NCBI GenBank assembly: GCA_937922185.1
Contig: CAKZUT010000070.1
Coordinates: forward strand, 2,856 to 66,855
Direction: 5' to 3'
Origin: an uncultured Neomegalonema sp.
Lineage (GTDB): Bacteria > Pseudomonadota > Alphaproteobacteria > Rhodobacterales > Rhodobacteraceae
DNA: 64,000 bases
Both the position numbers and the translations under genes were made by a program. Shown here piece after piece: positions 29,582-39,125 of this stretch. Within the stretch, counting starts at the first letter, position 1. Each line of letters begins with the position of its first letter. The notes under the pieces are model-generated. The model saw nothing but the letters and a program-made list of their open reading frames with translations. It had not been told where the DNA came from and did no database searches.

Positions 29582-30477
29582 TGGCCGAAGAACCCACCCC
29601 CGGCACCGACGGGGCGAAGCAGTCCGGCTCGCGCGGTTACCATATGGGAACCGTCGATACCGTCATCTCCGTCGAGGAGGTCACGCGACAGGTCGCCGCT
29701 ATTGCCGAAGGCACCTCCACCGAACAGCTTGATGCCCTGGTGGTCGGCGACCCCTTCGTCACCATCGAGAAACTGCGCGCGGGCTACGGCAAGATGGAGA
29801 TCCTGCACGATATCGATCTCAGGATCGGCAAGGGCCAGTCCCTCTGCCTCATCGGCCCGAACGGCGCGGGCAAATCCACCATCCTGCATTCGATCTTCGG
29901 TTTCACGAATATCTTCTCCGGTTCGATCAAGGTCGATCAGGGCGGCACGATGAACGATGTCACGCGCCTGACCCCCAGCCAGAAGCTCTCCGAGGCCGGT
30001 ATCGCCTATATTCTCCAGGACAAATCGGTCTTCCCCGGCATGACCGTGGAGGAAAATCTCTGGATGGGCGGCTTCCTCAAGGACCAGCCCGCCGAGGCAA
30101 AGAAGGCCGCCGAGATGGTCTTCGACAAATATCCCCGCCTTGCCGCGCGCCGCCGGCATCAGGCAAAGGTTCTCTCCGGGGGTGAGCGCCGCCTGCTGGA
30201 AATCAGCCGCGCTCTGGTCATGAATCCCGAGGTTCTGCTGGTGGATGAACCGTCCATCGGTCTGGAGCCGCGTTTCATCGACATGGTGTTTGAAATTCTC
30301 GATGACCTGCAACGCCGGGACGGCAAGACCATCATCATGGTCGAGCAAAACGCGAAGAAAGGTCTGGAATTCGCCGATATCGGCTATGTTCTGGTCTCCG
30401 GCGAAGTCGCCATCGCGGGCACCGGCGACGAGTTGCTGGCAAACCCCAATGTCGGACAGTTGTTCCTCGGCGGCTGA
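29581..30477 (+). CDS. ABC transporter ATP-binding protein (LivF-like) with a possible N-terminal extension of about 55 aa
   Basis: Walker A GPNGAGKST, signature LSGGERRLLEIS, Walker B LLVDEPSIG. The ATG at 29581 overlaps the livG-like stop by 1 nt. An alternative GTG at 29740 would give a canonical length. Confidence 0.85.
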   Translation: MAEEPTPGTDGAKQSGSRGYHMGTVDTVISVEEVTRQVAAIAEGTSTEQLDALVVGDPFVTIEKLRAGYGKMEILHDIDLRIGKGQSLCLIGPNGAGKSTILHSIFGFTNIFSGSIKVDQGGTMNDVTRLTPSQKLSEAGIAYILQDKSVFPGMTVEENLWMGGFLKDQPAEAKKAAEMVFDKYPRLAARRRHQAKVLSGGERRLLEISRALVMNPEVLLVDEPSIGLEPRFIDMVFEILDDLQRRDGKTIIMVEQNAKKGLEFADIGYVLVSGEVAIAGTGDELLANPNVGQLFLGG

Positions 30478-30534
30478 TCCGCCGCCGCCGGGATGTGAAA
30501 TTTCCGGGCTTTCCTGCCTGTAGCGATAGAAATC

Positions 30535-32781
30535 TCAGCGCCGCGACTTTCCGCGACGCGCACGGGGCGGGCCTTTCTGCCGGGACGGCCTGCCCCGTGC
30601 GGGTCGCCCCGACACGGTGCCGCCCTCCAGCAGCGTGAACCGCAGCCCCCCGGTCAGCGGCACGGCCTCCTCCAGCCGCACCGTCACCCGCTGTCCCAGT
30701 CGAAACACCCGGTTCGTGCGCTCCCCCGTCAGGGTTCCGGTCTCCTGTTCATGCCGGTAGTAATCATCCCCCAGCGAGGAGACCGGCACCAGCCCGTCGG
30801 CCCCCGTCTCGTCCAGCTTCACGAACAGGCCGAACCGCGCCACCCCTGAGATCAACCCCGTGAAATCCGCTCCGATCCGGTCTTCCATATAGGCGGCGAG
30901 ATAGCGGTCGTTGGAATCGCGCTCCGCCAGCATGGCCCGGCGCTCCATCTGCGAGATATGCGTCGCCGTCTCGTCCAGCCGTGCGGCCTCGTCGGCACTC
31001 AGCCCGTCCCTGCCCGGATCGGCCCCCAGACCCAGCGCCGCGATCAGCGCCCGATGGACGATCAGGTCGGCATAGCGCCGGATCGGTGAGGTGAAATGGG
31101 CGTACCGGGCGAGGTTCAGCCCGAAATGCCCCAGATTCTCCGGTCCGTAATAGGCCTGCGTCTGCGCCCGCAGCACGGCGATGCTCACGGTTTCGGAGAA
31201 TTCGGTCTTTGCCGCCGCTCTCAGGGCATCATTGAGCAGCGCCGGGGTGATCCGCTGTCCCTTCGCGAAGGGCAGGCCGATGCTCCGCACCGTCTCGCGC
31301 AGGGCTTCCACCCGCTCCTCCAGGGGGGGTTCATGGACCCGGTAGATCAGGTCACTGCGCTTGTCCTCCAGCGTTTCGGCGGCGCAGACATTGGCGAGGA
31401 CCATGCATTCCTCGATCAGCTTATGGGCGTCGAACCGCTCACGCAGGCGGATGCTCTCGACTTCGCCCTCCTCGTTCAGGATCACCCGCCGTTCCGGCAG
31501 ATCCAGATCGAGGGGCTGTCGCCGTTCCCGCGCCGTGACCAGCGCGCGGTAGGCGGCATAGAGCGGGGCCACCACCGGCGCGTCCAGCGCGTCATGTGGC
31601 CCGTCATAGCCCCCGTCCGCCATGGCCTGAGCATCCTCGTAGGTCAGGCTTCCGGCAGAGCGCATCATTGCCCGGAAAAAGGAATGCTCCCGCTTGTGTC
31701 CCGCCCTGTCCAGCACGATCCGCACGCCGATACAGGGCCGGTCCACCCCTTCATGCAGCGAGCACAGATCGCCCGAAAGGCTGTCGGGCAGCATCGGCAC
31801 CACCCGGTCGGGGAAATAGCACGAGTTTCCCCGGCTCCTCGCTTCGCGGTCCAGCACCGTTCCGGGGCGCACATAATGGGCCACATCGGCAATGGCGATC
31901 CAGAGGATATGCCCGCCCTCATTGGCCGGATCGCCATCGGCCTCGGCATAGACCGCATCGTCATGGTCGCGGGCATCCTCGGGGTCGATGGTCACGAAGG
32001 GGATAGCGCGCAGGTCGTCGCGCCCTTTCAGCGATGTTACCGCCTGTGCGGCCCCGGCCAGCTCCAGCGCCTCATCGGAGAATTCGGTCTCGATGCCGTG
32101 TTCATGAATCGCGATCAGCGAGATCGTGCGCGGCGCGCCCACATCGCCCACCCGCACCAGAACCTTCGCGGAGGGCAGGCCATAGCGTGCCCCGCCGAGC
32201 ACCTCGACCTCCACCAGCTCCCCGTCCACCGCGCCGTTCACATGCTCGGCCTCCACGCGAAATTCGCGGCTCTCCTTCTTGTCCACCGGCTGAATACGGC
32301 CTCCGTCGCCCTGCTTGCGGAAGACGCCCACGGATCGCCGCCGGGAGGACAGCTTGCGGATCGGGGTCGCCTCGTAGCGGAATTCCTCGCCGTCATCGAG
32401 GGCGCGCAGTTTGGCCAGCACCCGGTCGCCCACTCCGAGGGCGGGGTCGCCCTTTTTCTGGGCGGCGAAGACGATGGCGGGCGGCTCGATGCCGTCATGC
32501 TCCCAGGTATGGGGGCTGGCGACCGGCTCTCCGTCGCGGCTCAGTCGCACGATATCGACTACCGTGACCGGGGGCAGCTTGCCGGGATCGCCCGTGAAGG
32601 TCTTGCGCCGTCCCCGGACGATCAGGCCCTCATCGGCCAGTTCGGCCAGCATTTCCTTCAGCCGGATACGGTCGGCCCCCTTCACCCTGAACGCCCGCGC
32701 GATCTCGCGTTTGCCGGTTTTTGCCGGGGCTTCCCGCAGGAAGGTCAGCAATTCGTCCTTCGTCGGCAGCCCGTGCGCCAT
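30535..32781 (-). CDS. rnr: ribonuclease R
   Basis: 748 aa with cold-shock-like N-terminal domains, an RNB catalytic domain (DPEDARDHDDAV, HFGL...YAHFTSPIRRYADL), an S1 domain and a basic C-terminal tail. Confidence 0.9.
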   Translation of the reverse strand: MAHGLPTKDELLTFLREAPAKTGKREIARAFRVKGADRIRLKEMLAELADEGLIVRGRRKTFTGDPGKLPPVTVVDIVRLSRDGEPVASPHTWEHDGIEPPAIVFAAQKKGDPALGVGDRVLAKLRALDDGEEFRYEATPIRKLSSRRRSVGVFRKQGDGGRIQPVDKKESREFRVEAEHVNGAVDGELVEVEVLGGARYGLPSAKVLVRVGDVGAPRTISLIAIHEHGIETEFSDEALELAGAAQAVTSLKGRDDLRAIPFVTIDPEDARDHDDAVYAEADGDPANEGGHILWIAIADVAHYVRPGTVLDREARSRGNSCYFPDRVVPMLPDSLSGDLCSLHEGVDRPCIGVRIVLDRAGHKREHSFFRAMMRSAGSLTYEDAQAMADGGYDGPHDALDAPVVAPLYAAYRALVTARERRQPLDLDLPERRVILNEEGEVESIRLRERFDAHKLIEECMVLANVCAAETLEDKRSDLIYRVHEPPLEERVEALRETVRSIGLPFAKGQRITPALLNDALRAAAKTEFSETVSIAVLRAQTQAYYGPENLGHFGLNLARYAHFTSPIRRYADLIVHRALIAALGLGADPGRDGLSADEAARLDETATHISQMERRAMLAERDSNDRYLAAYMEDRIGADFTGLISGVARFGLFVKLDETGADGLVPVSSLGDDYYRHEQETGTLTGERTNRVFRLGQRVTVRLEEAVPLTGGLRFTLLEGGTVSGRPARGRPSRQKGPPRARRGKSRR

Positions 32782-32854
32782 GCTCTCACCCGCAAATCAC
32801 CTGTGTCGATGGGCTGTAACAGATGGGGCGCGGCGGCGCAGGGGAAAACTCCGG

Positions 32855-33607
32855 TCAGGCCGCGTCGCGCGTATCGACGTCCAGCAGGGTCGCTACCGGC
32901 GCGATGGTCGCCCCGCTCCGGTCATTCATCTGCGCCGCCAGACTGAACAGGCGCACGGCGTCCCAGATTCCTCTGGCCGTATCCACCGGGCGCAATTCCT
33001 CCGCAAGGGCCAGCAATTCGCTCGGCTGGCGGCTTTCGAGGAAGAAGAGGCCCTGCTCCAGCCGCACCTCGCTGTAGCACCACTCCTGCTGGCTTTCTTC
33101 CGAGAGATCGGTGAAGGCATCGATCAGGGTGTGTCGCACGGCGGCGGCGGCGGCATCGGTCAGATAGGGTTTTCCGAGCAGGGTATTGAGAGAATCGAAC
33201 AGCCCGATCCGGGCCGCGAGCATCGATTCCGTCACCAGCCATCCCGTGCGTGGATCGGCCACCAGCACCGGGTCGGCCTCGAAGATATCCTTTACCCGTG
33301 GGTCTTCGGCGGCATCACGATGCATATCGACCAGCGTATCGGCCCGCATCTGTGCGGCGTGGACGGGTTCGTCAGGCCGGACGGTCGTGAGAAGGCGGTC
33401 GGCGGCCATCTCCATCCCGGCGGGAATGGGTACCATGCCCTTTCTCCGGGCCGTATCTTTCGGTCTGTACCCGGCCCCGGCAAGCCACATCAGGACAGGC
33501 AGGTTGCCGCCGGAGGCGCGCGGTGCCGCGCCCTCCAGAGTGAATGCCTGCTTGCCCCGCGTGGCAGCGGCACGCGCCACCAGCGATATCGAATCCGTTT
33601 CCAGCAT
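32855..33607 (-). CDS. hypothetical protein (250 aa), no family recognised
   Basis: Long ORF with host-like codon bias, sitting between pth and rnr on the same strand. No motif recognised. Confidence 0.45.
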   Translation of the reverse strand: MLETDSISLVARAAATRGKQAFTLEGAAPRASGGNLPVLMWLAGAGYRPKDTARRKGMVPIPAGMEMAADRLLTTVRPDEPVHAAQMRADTLVDMHRDAAEDPRVKDIFEADPVLVADPRTGWLVTESMLAARIGLFDSLNTLLGKPYLTDAAAAAVRHTLIDAFTDLSEESQQEWCYSEVRLEQGLFFLESRQPSELLALAEELRPVDTARGIWDAVRLFSLAAQMNDRSGATIAPVATLLDVDTRDAA

Positions 33608-33638
33608 ATCTCTCGCCTCCCGCCACGGGCCGCGCGCG

Positions 33639-34316
33639 TCAGTCGCGGAACAGCCCCTTCAATGCGTCAAACATTCCGCCGCCTCCGTCCGGTTCCGCCG
33701 CCCGCTTCCGGGCAGGTGCGGGTTTCGGAGGCAATGCTCTGGGCGAGGCGTCCTGCATATCCTGCGCCACATCGCTCATGAACCGCCCCTCGTCCCCGGC
33801 GGCCAGCATCGGCGCGGCCCGGCCTATCCCCTCCAGCAGCGGGTCGAGCCAGTCGCGCTCGGCCTTCGCGAAATCGTGCAGCACATAGCCCGAGACCTTT
33901 GACTTATGCCCCGGATGCCCGATCCCGAGGCGCACCCGGCGATATTCCGCCCCGATATGGGCGTGGATCGAGCGCAGGCCATTATGCCCCGCATGGCCGC
34001 CCCCCGTCTTGCAGCGCAGCTTGCCGGGGGCCAGATCCAGCTCGTCATGGAAGACGATCACATCGGCGGGGTCCAGCTTGTAGAAGCGCAGGGCCTCGCC
34101 CACGGCCCGTCCGCTCTCGTTCATGAAGGTGCCGGGTTTGAGCGTGATGACCTTTCCGGTACCGAGCCTTCCCTCGCGCATGAGGCCCTGAAACTTGCGG
34201 CTTTCCGGGCCGAAGCCATGGTCGTCGGCGATCCGGTCCACGGCCATGAAGCCGATATTGTGCCGGTTCCCGGCATAGTCTTTGCCCGGATTTCCGAGGC
34301 CGACGAACAGGAGCAT
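33639..34316 (-). CDS. pth: peptidyl-tRNA hydrolase
   Basis: [30 protein letters not shown] and [12 protein letters not shown] motifs. Confidence 0.95.
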   Translation of the reverse strand: MLLFVGLGNPGKDYAGNRHNIGFMAVDRIADDHGFGPESRKFQGLMREGRLGTGKVITLKPGTFMNESGRAVGEALRFYKLDPADVIVFHDELDLAPGKLRCKTGGGHAGHNGLRSIHAHIGAEYRRVRLGIGHPGHKSKVSGYVLHDFAKAERDWLDPLLEGIGRAAPMLAAGDEGRFMSDVAQDMQDASPRALPPKPAPARKRAAEPDGGGGMFDALKGLFRD

Positions 34317-34439
34317 GGCGCGTCTCTCCGCTTGAATCCCGTAAAGTCTAACGCAGACAGGGGCCTGCGTCGATGACCCAGCAAAAACGCCCGCCGGTGA
34401 GGGCGGGCGTCGGGAATCGGTCGGCGGGGAGAAGGGCGA

Positions 34440-35108
34440 TCAGTCGTTCGACTCGCCCTCGCCCTCGGCGGCGGCTTCTTCCCCGGCTTCGGCGGTCTCG
34501 CCTTCGCCGTCGGCATCCTCGTCCTCGCTTGCGCCGCCCATCCCGGCGGGCGTCGCGATGGTTGCCACCGTGAAGTCACGATCCGTGATCGTGAAGGCTG
34601 CGCCCTCGGGCAGGGTGATCGCGCTGGCATTGATCGAATCGCCCAGCTCAAAGCCGCTGAGATCGATGGTGAAGGTATCGGGCATTGCGGTTGCCAGCAC
34701 TTCCACCTCGACGGCGTGGCGCACCACGTTGAGCGTACCGCCCTGCTCCAGACCGGGGCAGGCTTTCTCGTTGATGAACTCGACCGGCACCTCGATGGTC
34801 ACCGTCGCGCCTTTGGCGAGGCGCAGGAAATCCACATGGGTCGGCAGGCCGTTGAGCAGGTTTTTCTGCATGGCCTTGGGGATCACCGTGTGTTTCTCGC
34901 CATTCACGTCCAGTTCGAACATCGTGGTGTAGAAGCCGCCCTTCTTGAGCGTCTTGAGCAACTGGCTTCCGAGGATCTGGATGGTGGTCGGCTCCTTGCC
35001 GGCTCCGTAGATCACTCCGGGCACATAGCCCGCGCGACGCGCGGCCCGGGCGGCCCCCTTGCCAACTCCCGGACGCGCCTCGACTGTCATTGGCACCATA
35101 TCGGCCAT
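34440..35108 (-). CDS. rplY: 50S ribosomal protein L25 / general stress protein Ctc
   Basis: GKGAARAARRAGYVPGVIYG... is a long-form L25 with an acidic C-terminal tail. It lies upstream of pth, as is usual. Confidence 0.9.
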   Translation of the reverse strand: MADMVPMTVEARPGVGKGAARAARRAGYVPGVIYGAGKEPTTIQILGSQLLKTLKKGGFYTTMFELDVNGEKHTVIPKAMQKNLLNGLPTHVDFLRLAKGATVTIEVPVEFINEKACPGLEQGGTLNVVRHAVEVEVLATAMPDTFTIDLSGFELGDSINASAITLPEGAAFTITDRDFTVATIATPAGMGGASEDEDADGEGETAEAGEEAAAEGEGESND

Positions 35109-35279
35109 GTCTGTCTCTCCTGAAAAGATGCGAAAACCGCCCCCTCCAAGGGTGTGGGCGGCCCGAAGCGCGGCTTATAGGGCGGTTCGGGACCGAATCC
35201 CAACGAAAAATGCGGAGTATCGGCTTGCCGGTCATCAGGAGTAAAATCTGCATACGGACAATATAGACGCAACCCCGCC

Positions 35280-35954
35280 CTATCGCGCGGCGGCCCGTTC
35301 GGCCTCCACCATCGCCCGCGCGCGCAGGGCCAGATCGTGGCAATTGGCCAGCAGGTCATCCACATCCCGCCTGCCATTCTCCACATGCCCCGGTGCGCGG
35401 CCCGTGCGGATGGGATAGAGCCGCGAGAACACCCCCGTCGCCCGCATCCGGTCCCGCCGCGCATACCACCGGGCCAATCGCTGCGCCTGTTTCGACAGAT
35501 CGACCAGCGCCGCCTCCATCGCCGTCATCCGCCGCCGCAGCGCCCCGATATCGACCGCGTCATCATCGACGGGCAGCGGAAATTCCGGTGCCGGTTCCCG
35601 CTCATCCAGCGAGCGGATGCGCGGCTCCCGGCGGCGCGGACAGGTCGGCGGTTTCGGGTCCGGGATACGCGGCGCATCCGTCAGCCGGAAGACCGGCGCG
35701 CGGTCTTTCTTCTGTTTGCCACGCGCCCCGCCCGATGTCCGCCCCGCCCCGACCACCACCGGCAGATCGCGCGCCATGACAAAAATCAGCCGCCGCAGCG
35801 ATGCCTCCATCGGCAACAGCCGCGCCAGCACTGCCCGCTTCAGCAGACGCGGCACGACCTCCCCGGTTCCGAGCATGGCAAACAGCCCCGCGAGCAGCCC
35901 GATAAGCCGCCCCCGGTTCGCCTCCACCATCCCGTCCCAGTCCCAGTGCCGCAC
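35280..35954 (-). CDS. hypothetical protein (224 aa), no family recognised
   Basis: ORF with a hydrophobic N-terminal segment and an Arg/Pro-rich middle. Coding status is supported only by length and strand context. Confidence 0.4.
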   Translation of the reverse strand: MRHWDWDGMVEANRGRLIGLLAGLFAMLGTGEVVPRLLKRAVLARLLPMEASLRRLIFVMARDLPVVVGAGRTSGGARGKQKKDRAPVFRLTDAPRIPDPKPPTCPRRREPRIRSLDEREPAPEFPLPVDDDAVDIGALRRRMTAMEAALVDLSKQAQRLARWYARRDRMRATGVFSRLYPIRTGRAPGHVENGRRDVDDLLANCHDLALRARAMVEAERAAAR

Positions 35955-36059
35955 ATCGCCTCCGCTATATTGAACACAACATGAACAAAAAGACGGATTT
36001 CACAAAAGATGTCAACACCGCGCGCTCCTCTTTTTCCGGTATCCGCTACGCAATGCCGC

Positions 36060-36089
36060 TTTTCTATGCCCCGGTTTTCTATGCCCCGG
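36060..36089. repeat. perfect 15-bp tandem duplication TTTTCTATGCCCCGG x2 spanning the stop codon of the DsbA-like isomerase gene
   Basis: Read directly: 36060-36074 is identical to 36075-36089. Confidence 0.9.
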
Positions 36090-36696
36090 GCGACACCCCC
36101 TGCCCCAGCCGCCAGTCCAGCATTGCAAGGCGGTCCTGTCCCCAGAAGATTTCGCCCCCCGACAGCACATAGCTCGGCGCGCCGAAAACCCCGGCGGCGA
36201 GAGCTTCCCGCGTATAGGCCTCGTGCCGCTCCCGTGCGGCCTGCGGCGACGGGGCCTCGGCGAGCAGGGCCTCACCGTCCATTCCGGCCCGGTCCGCCGC
36301 CGCGAGCAGCACGTCCTGTCCGGCGATATCCTCTTCGCGTTCCCACACGGCCCGCCCGATCTCGCGCAGCAGGGACAGGGCATCCCCGCCCTGATCGACA
36401 GCCGCGATCAGCAGCCGCACACCGGCGGCCTCATCCGCCGGAAAATGCGCGGGTTCCAGTGTGATCGGCATCGACAGATGATCGCGCCAGCGCCGCAGCT
36501 CCATCATCCGATAGGCGCGCCGTTCGGGCGACCGGCGCGGCAGGGGCAGGCCGCCGGTTCGCTCGAAGACCGCGCTGAACTGCGCCGGTCTGACCGCGAC
36601 GGTGCAGCCGTGGCGCGCGGCGATCTCGGCCAGCCGGGCGCAGCCGAGATAGGTCCAGGGCGAGTTGAGCGAGGCATAGCAGGTGATGGTCGTCAT
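36079..36696 (-). CDS. DsbA-family 2-hydroxychromene-2-carboxylate isomerase-like protein
   Basis: MTTITCYASLNSPWTYLG (the SPW/SPY motif that replaces CxxC in HCCA isomerase-like proteins), ...GVFGAPSYVLSGGEIFWGQDRL. The start was set at the ATG at 36694-36696. Confidence 0.7.
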   Translation of the reverse strand: MTTITCYASLNSPWTYLGCARLAEIAARHGCTVAVRPAQFSAVFERTGGLPLPRRSPERRAYRMMELRRWRDHLSMPITLEPAHFPADEAAGVRLLIAAVDQGGDALSLLREIGRAVWEREEDIAGQDVLLAAADRAGMDGEALLAEAPSPQAARERHEAYTREALAAGVFGAPSYVLSGGEIFWGQDRLAMLDWRLGQGVSPGA

Positions 36697-36709
36697 GGTG
36701 CGGTTTCCT

Positions 36710-37354
36710 TCAGTCCAGCCCGCAGGCATGGCGCAGTGTGGCATAGCGGTCGAGAAAGGCGTCCCGCGCCTCCAGAGGCGGCAGGGGTTTGAGGCGAATG
36801 GCGATCTTCCGGCGGAAACGGGGACGCGGAAAATGCTTCGCGGCCTCGGTTTCCGCGAATCCGGCCAGTTGCGTCGCCTCGAACCATGCCGCTGTCAGAT
36901 CGGCCCGCTTGATCGCCTTTTCCGCAGTTTGCGGCAGGGTTTCGGGCAGGCCCGCGCGGCGATGGATCGCGCCCATCAATCGCCCTTCCAGCGCCTTGTA
37001 ATCGCCCCCCACCACGGCCTTGAACGGACTGATGAGATCGCCGATCACGTATTCGGGGCCGTCATGCAGCAGCGCGGCCAGCCGCCATTTCGGGGCCAGA
37101 TCGGGCACGGTCAGCCCCGCGATCCGCTCGACCAGCACCGAATGCTGTGCGACCGAGAAGGCCCAGTCCCCTGCGGTCTGCCCGTTCCATCGCGGTACGC
37201 GGGAGAGGCCGTGGGCCACATCCTCTATCTCGACATCCAGCGGCGAAGGATCGAGCAGATCGAGCCGCCGCCCGCTCAGCATCCGTTGCCAGGCCCGGCG
37301 GGGTGCAGCGGGGGCGGAAACATCGGCCATTCTTGTCCTCCGTGACTTTTTCAT
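36710..37354 (-). CDS. HD-domain phosphohydrolase (YfbR-like)
   Basis: RVPRWNGQT...FSVAQHSVLV...LLHDGPEYVIGDLISPFK shows the H...HD...D pattern. The start could instead be the ATG at 37330. Confidence 0.7.
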   Translation of the reverse strand: MKKSRRTRMADVSAPAAPRRAWQRMLSGRRLDLLDPSPLDVEIEDVAHGLSRVPRWNGQTAGDWAFSVAQHSVLVERIAGLTVPDLAPKWRLAALLHDGPEYVIGDLISPFKAVVGGDYKALEGRLMGAIHRRAGLPETLPQTAEKAIKRADLTAAWFEATQLAGFAETEAAKHFPRPRFRRKIAIRLKPLPPLEARDAFLDRYATLRHACGLD

Positions 37355-37481
37355 ACAGTGTTAACGGGGCGGACGGTTTCCGCGCCCCAATTTCGCCGTG
37401 CAGGTATGGCACATCCTTCGCTTTCCGGGCAGGGGGCGTCGCAGACGATTACGCTTGTCTACCAGAGAAGAGGCTTCAGAC

Positions 37482-37844
37482 ATGCACCTATACGGTCCGT
37501 CCCTCGCCGCCGCGTGCTGCGCCGTCCTGATCTCGTTCGACGCGGGGGCGCAGGAATGCCCGGCTATCGTGTGGATGGACAGCTTCGTCACATCGAAGGG
37601 TCTGAGCGTCGAACTGCCCGATATCGGCACACTCACCTGCGATGAAATCGTTACGACTCTCTCGAAAATTGATTCGACGCGCTACCGCGAGAACGGGCCG
37701 CGCCCCGCCGATCCCGCCGACACCCCGCTCTATTGCTACGAGAAAAAGCTGGCGCAGGTGAATTACGAGGTCTGCATCATCGAAAGGCGTCAGTCCGCCG
37801 CGCCCCCCGTCGAGGCGTTGCGTCAGCAGGCCGAAAAGCAATAG
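37482..37844 (+). CDS. small secreted hypothetical protein
   Basis: The ATG at 37482 gives MHLYGPSLAAACCAVLISFDAGAQE, a signal-peptide-like start. No family recognised. Confidence 0.4.
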   Translation: MHLYGPSLAAACCAVLISFDAGAQECPAIVWMDSFVTSKGLSVELPDIGTLTCDEIVTTLSKIDSTRYRENGPRPADPADTPLYCYEKKLAQVNYEVCIIERRQSAAPPVEALRQQAEKQ

Positions 37845-37881
37845 GGTCTTCCCGACATCGCCATCGCAGACGGGACAATCC

Positions 37882-38373
37882 ATGGGCATTTCCGCCTTCA
37901 ATATCGTGACAGTCCTGATCGTCTCGGCCCTGTCCTGGGGGCTGGACCGCTTTTCAAAGCTCCATATCCTCGAAACCCTCGCCCTGCGTCCCGGTGATGC
38001 GGTGGAGATGATCCCCGGCATCCTGACCTTCGTGATGACGTGGAATTACGGGATCAATTTCGGCATCCTCGCCTCCGACGGCGATCTGTCGAAGACGATC
38101 CTCAGCGTTCTGGCGCTCGTGGTCAGCATCGCGCTGTTCATCTGGGCCGCGCGGCATCCGAGGGACGGTATTTTCGCTTTCGCTGTCGGTCTCGTCATTG
38201 GCGGCGCGCTCGGAAACGGCTATGACAGACAGGTATATGGTGCTGTTGCGGATTTTCTGAATGTGACATGCTGCGGTATCAATAATCCGTTCGCGTTCAA
38301 TATCGCGGATGTGACGATCTTTCTGGGCGTGGTGATCCTGCTGCTGCGTCCGTCCGGTGAGGGAATGCCATGA
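37882..38373 (+). CDS. lspA: lipoprotein signal peptidase II
   Basis: 163 aa with four TM segments and the motifs NYGINFG, GGALGNGYDR, AVADFL and FNIADV. Confidence 0.9.
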   Translation: MGISAFNIVTVLIVSALSWGLDRFSKLHILETLALRPGDAVEMIPGILTFVMTWNYGINFGILASDGDLSKTILSVLALVVSIALFIWAARHPRDGIFAFAVGLVIGGALGNGYDRQVYGAVADFLNVTCCGINNPFAFNIADVTIFLGVVILLLRPSGEGMP

Positions 38374-39125
38374 TTCGCGACGTAACGGGAAAACCAGCCA
38401 TGAGGATGTCTTTTCGGACGGGAATGCTGCGGGCGACTGCGGGTGCGTGCCTTGCTCTCCTGTGCGCGTGCCAGTCGGATCGTGTTGAGGTCGCCGAGGA
38501 AAACGACGTCTATGACGACACGTTCCAGATCTCGAACATCGCCGGAATATTGCAGACCGTGCCCGACGAGTTCAGCGTCGTGACCAAGCGTCCTCTCGAA
38601 ATGCCGGGCAGCTTCGCGGCCCTGCCGCCCCCGGAACCGGGCAAGGTGAGTTCGCGCGACCCGAACCCCTTGGCCGATGCCCGCGCGGCGCTGGCCTTTG
38701 AACCGGTGCCCGCCAGCACGAGGGCGGGAACGCCTTCGGCGGTGGAGGCCGAAATCCTGTCCGCCGCCGGGGCCGTCGATCCCGCCATCCGCGCCACACT
38801 GGCCAGCGAACAGGCGCAATACGATGCGGAGCAGGAACAGTACCTGCTGGACCGGATCTTCCCGCGCCTGCGCCGGTTGCGCGGTGATGTTGACCCCGAT
38901 GCAATCAATGCCGAGGCCGAACGGGTCCGCCTGCTGCAAGCCGGTATCACCCCCCGTCCGACAGGCACCGTCGCGCCGATCCCCGCGATCCCGGCCCCGG
39001 CCCAGCCCGCGCTGATCCCCGGCCCGGCTCTCCCGGCCCCGCCGCCGTCCGGCGTCCCGACCCTCGGCGTGATCGTGCCCGAGCCGGTCGAGGCCGTCCC
39101 GTCGCTGATCTATCTGCCCGAGTAA
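38370..39125 (+). CDS. DUF3035-like lipoprotein with a Pro/Ala-rich C-terminus
   Basis: The leader RATAGACLALLCACQSD is lipoprotein-like. It has a 4-nt overlap with the lspA stop. The position after lspA matches DUF3035 proteins in alphaproteobacteria. Confidence 0.55.
   Translation: MIRDVTGKPAMRMSFRTGMLRATAGACLALLCACQSDRVEVAEENDVYDDTFQISNIAGILQTVPDEFSVVTKRPLEMPGSFAALPPPEPGKVSSRDPNPLADARAALAFEPVPASTRAGTPSAVEAEILSAAGAVDPAIRATLASEQAQYDAEQEQYLLDRIFPRLRRLRGDVDPDAINAEAERVRLLQAGITPRPTGTVAPIPAIPAPAQPALIPGPALPAPPPSGVPTLGVIVPEPVEAVPSLIYLPE

Noticed and set aside
35140-35185. tRNA-like T-arm sequence (GGCGGTTCGGGACCGAATCCC) upstream of rplY
   Set aside because: No acceptor, D or anticodon arms can be drawn around it, and the stem is imperfect. 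It is most likely part of the leader or terminator region.
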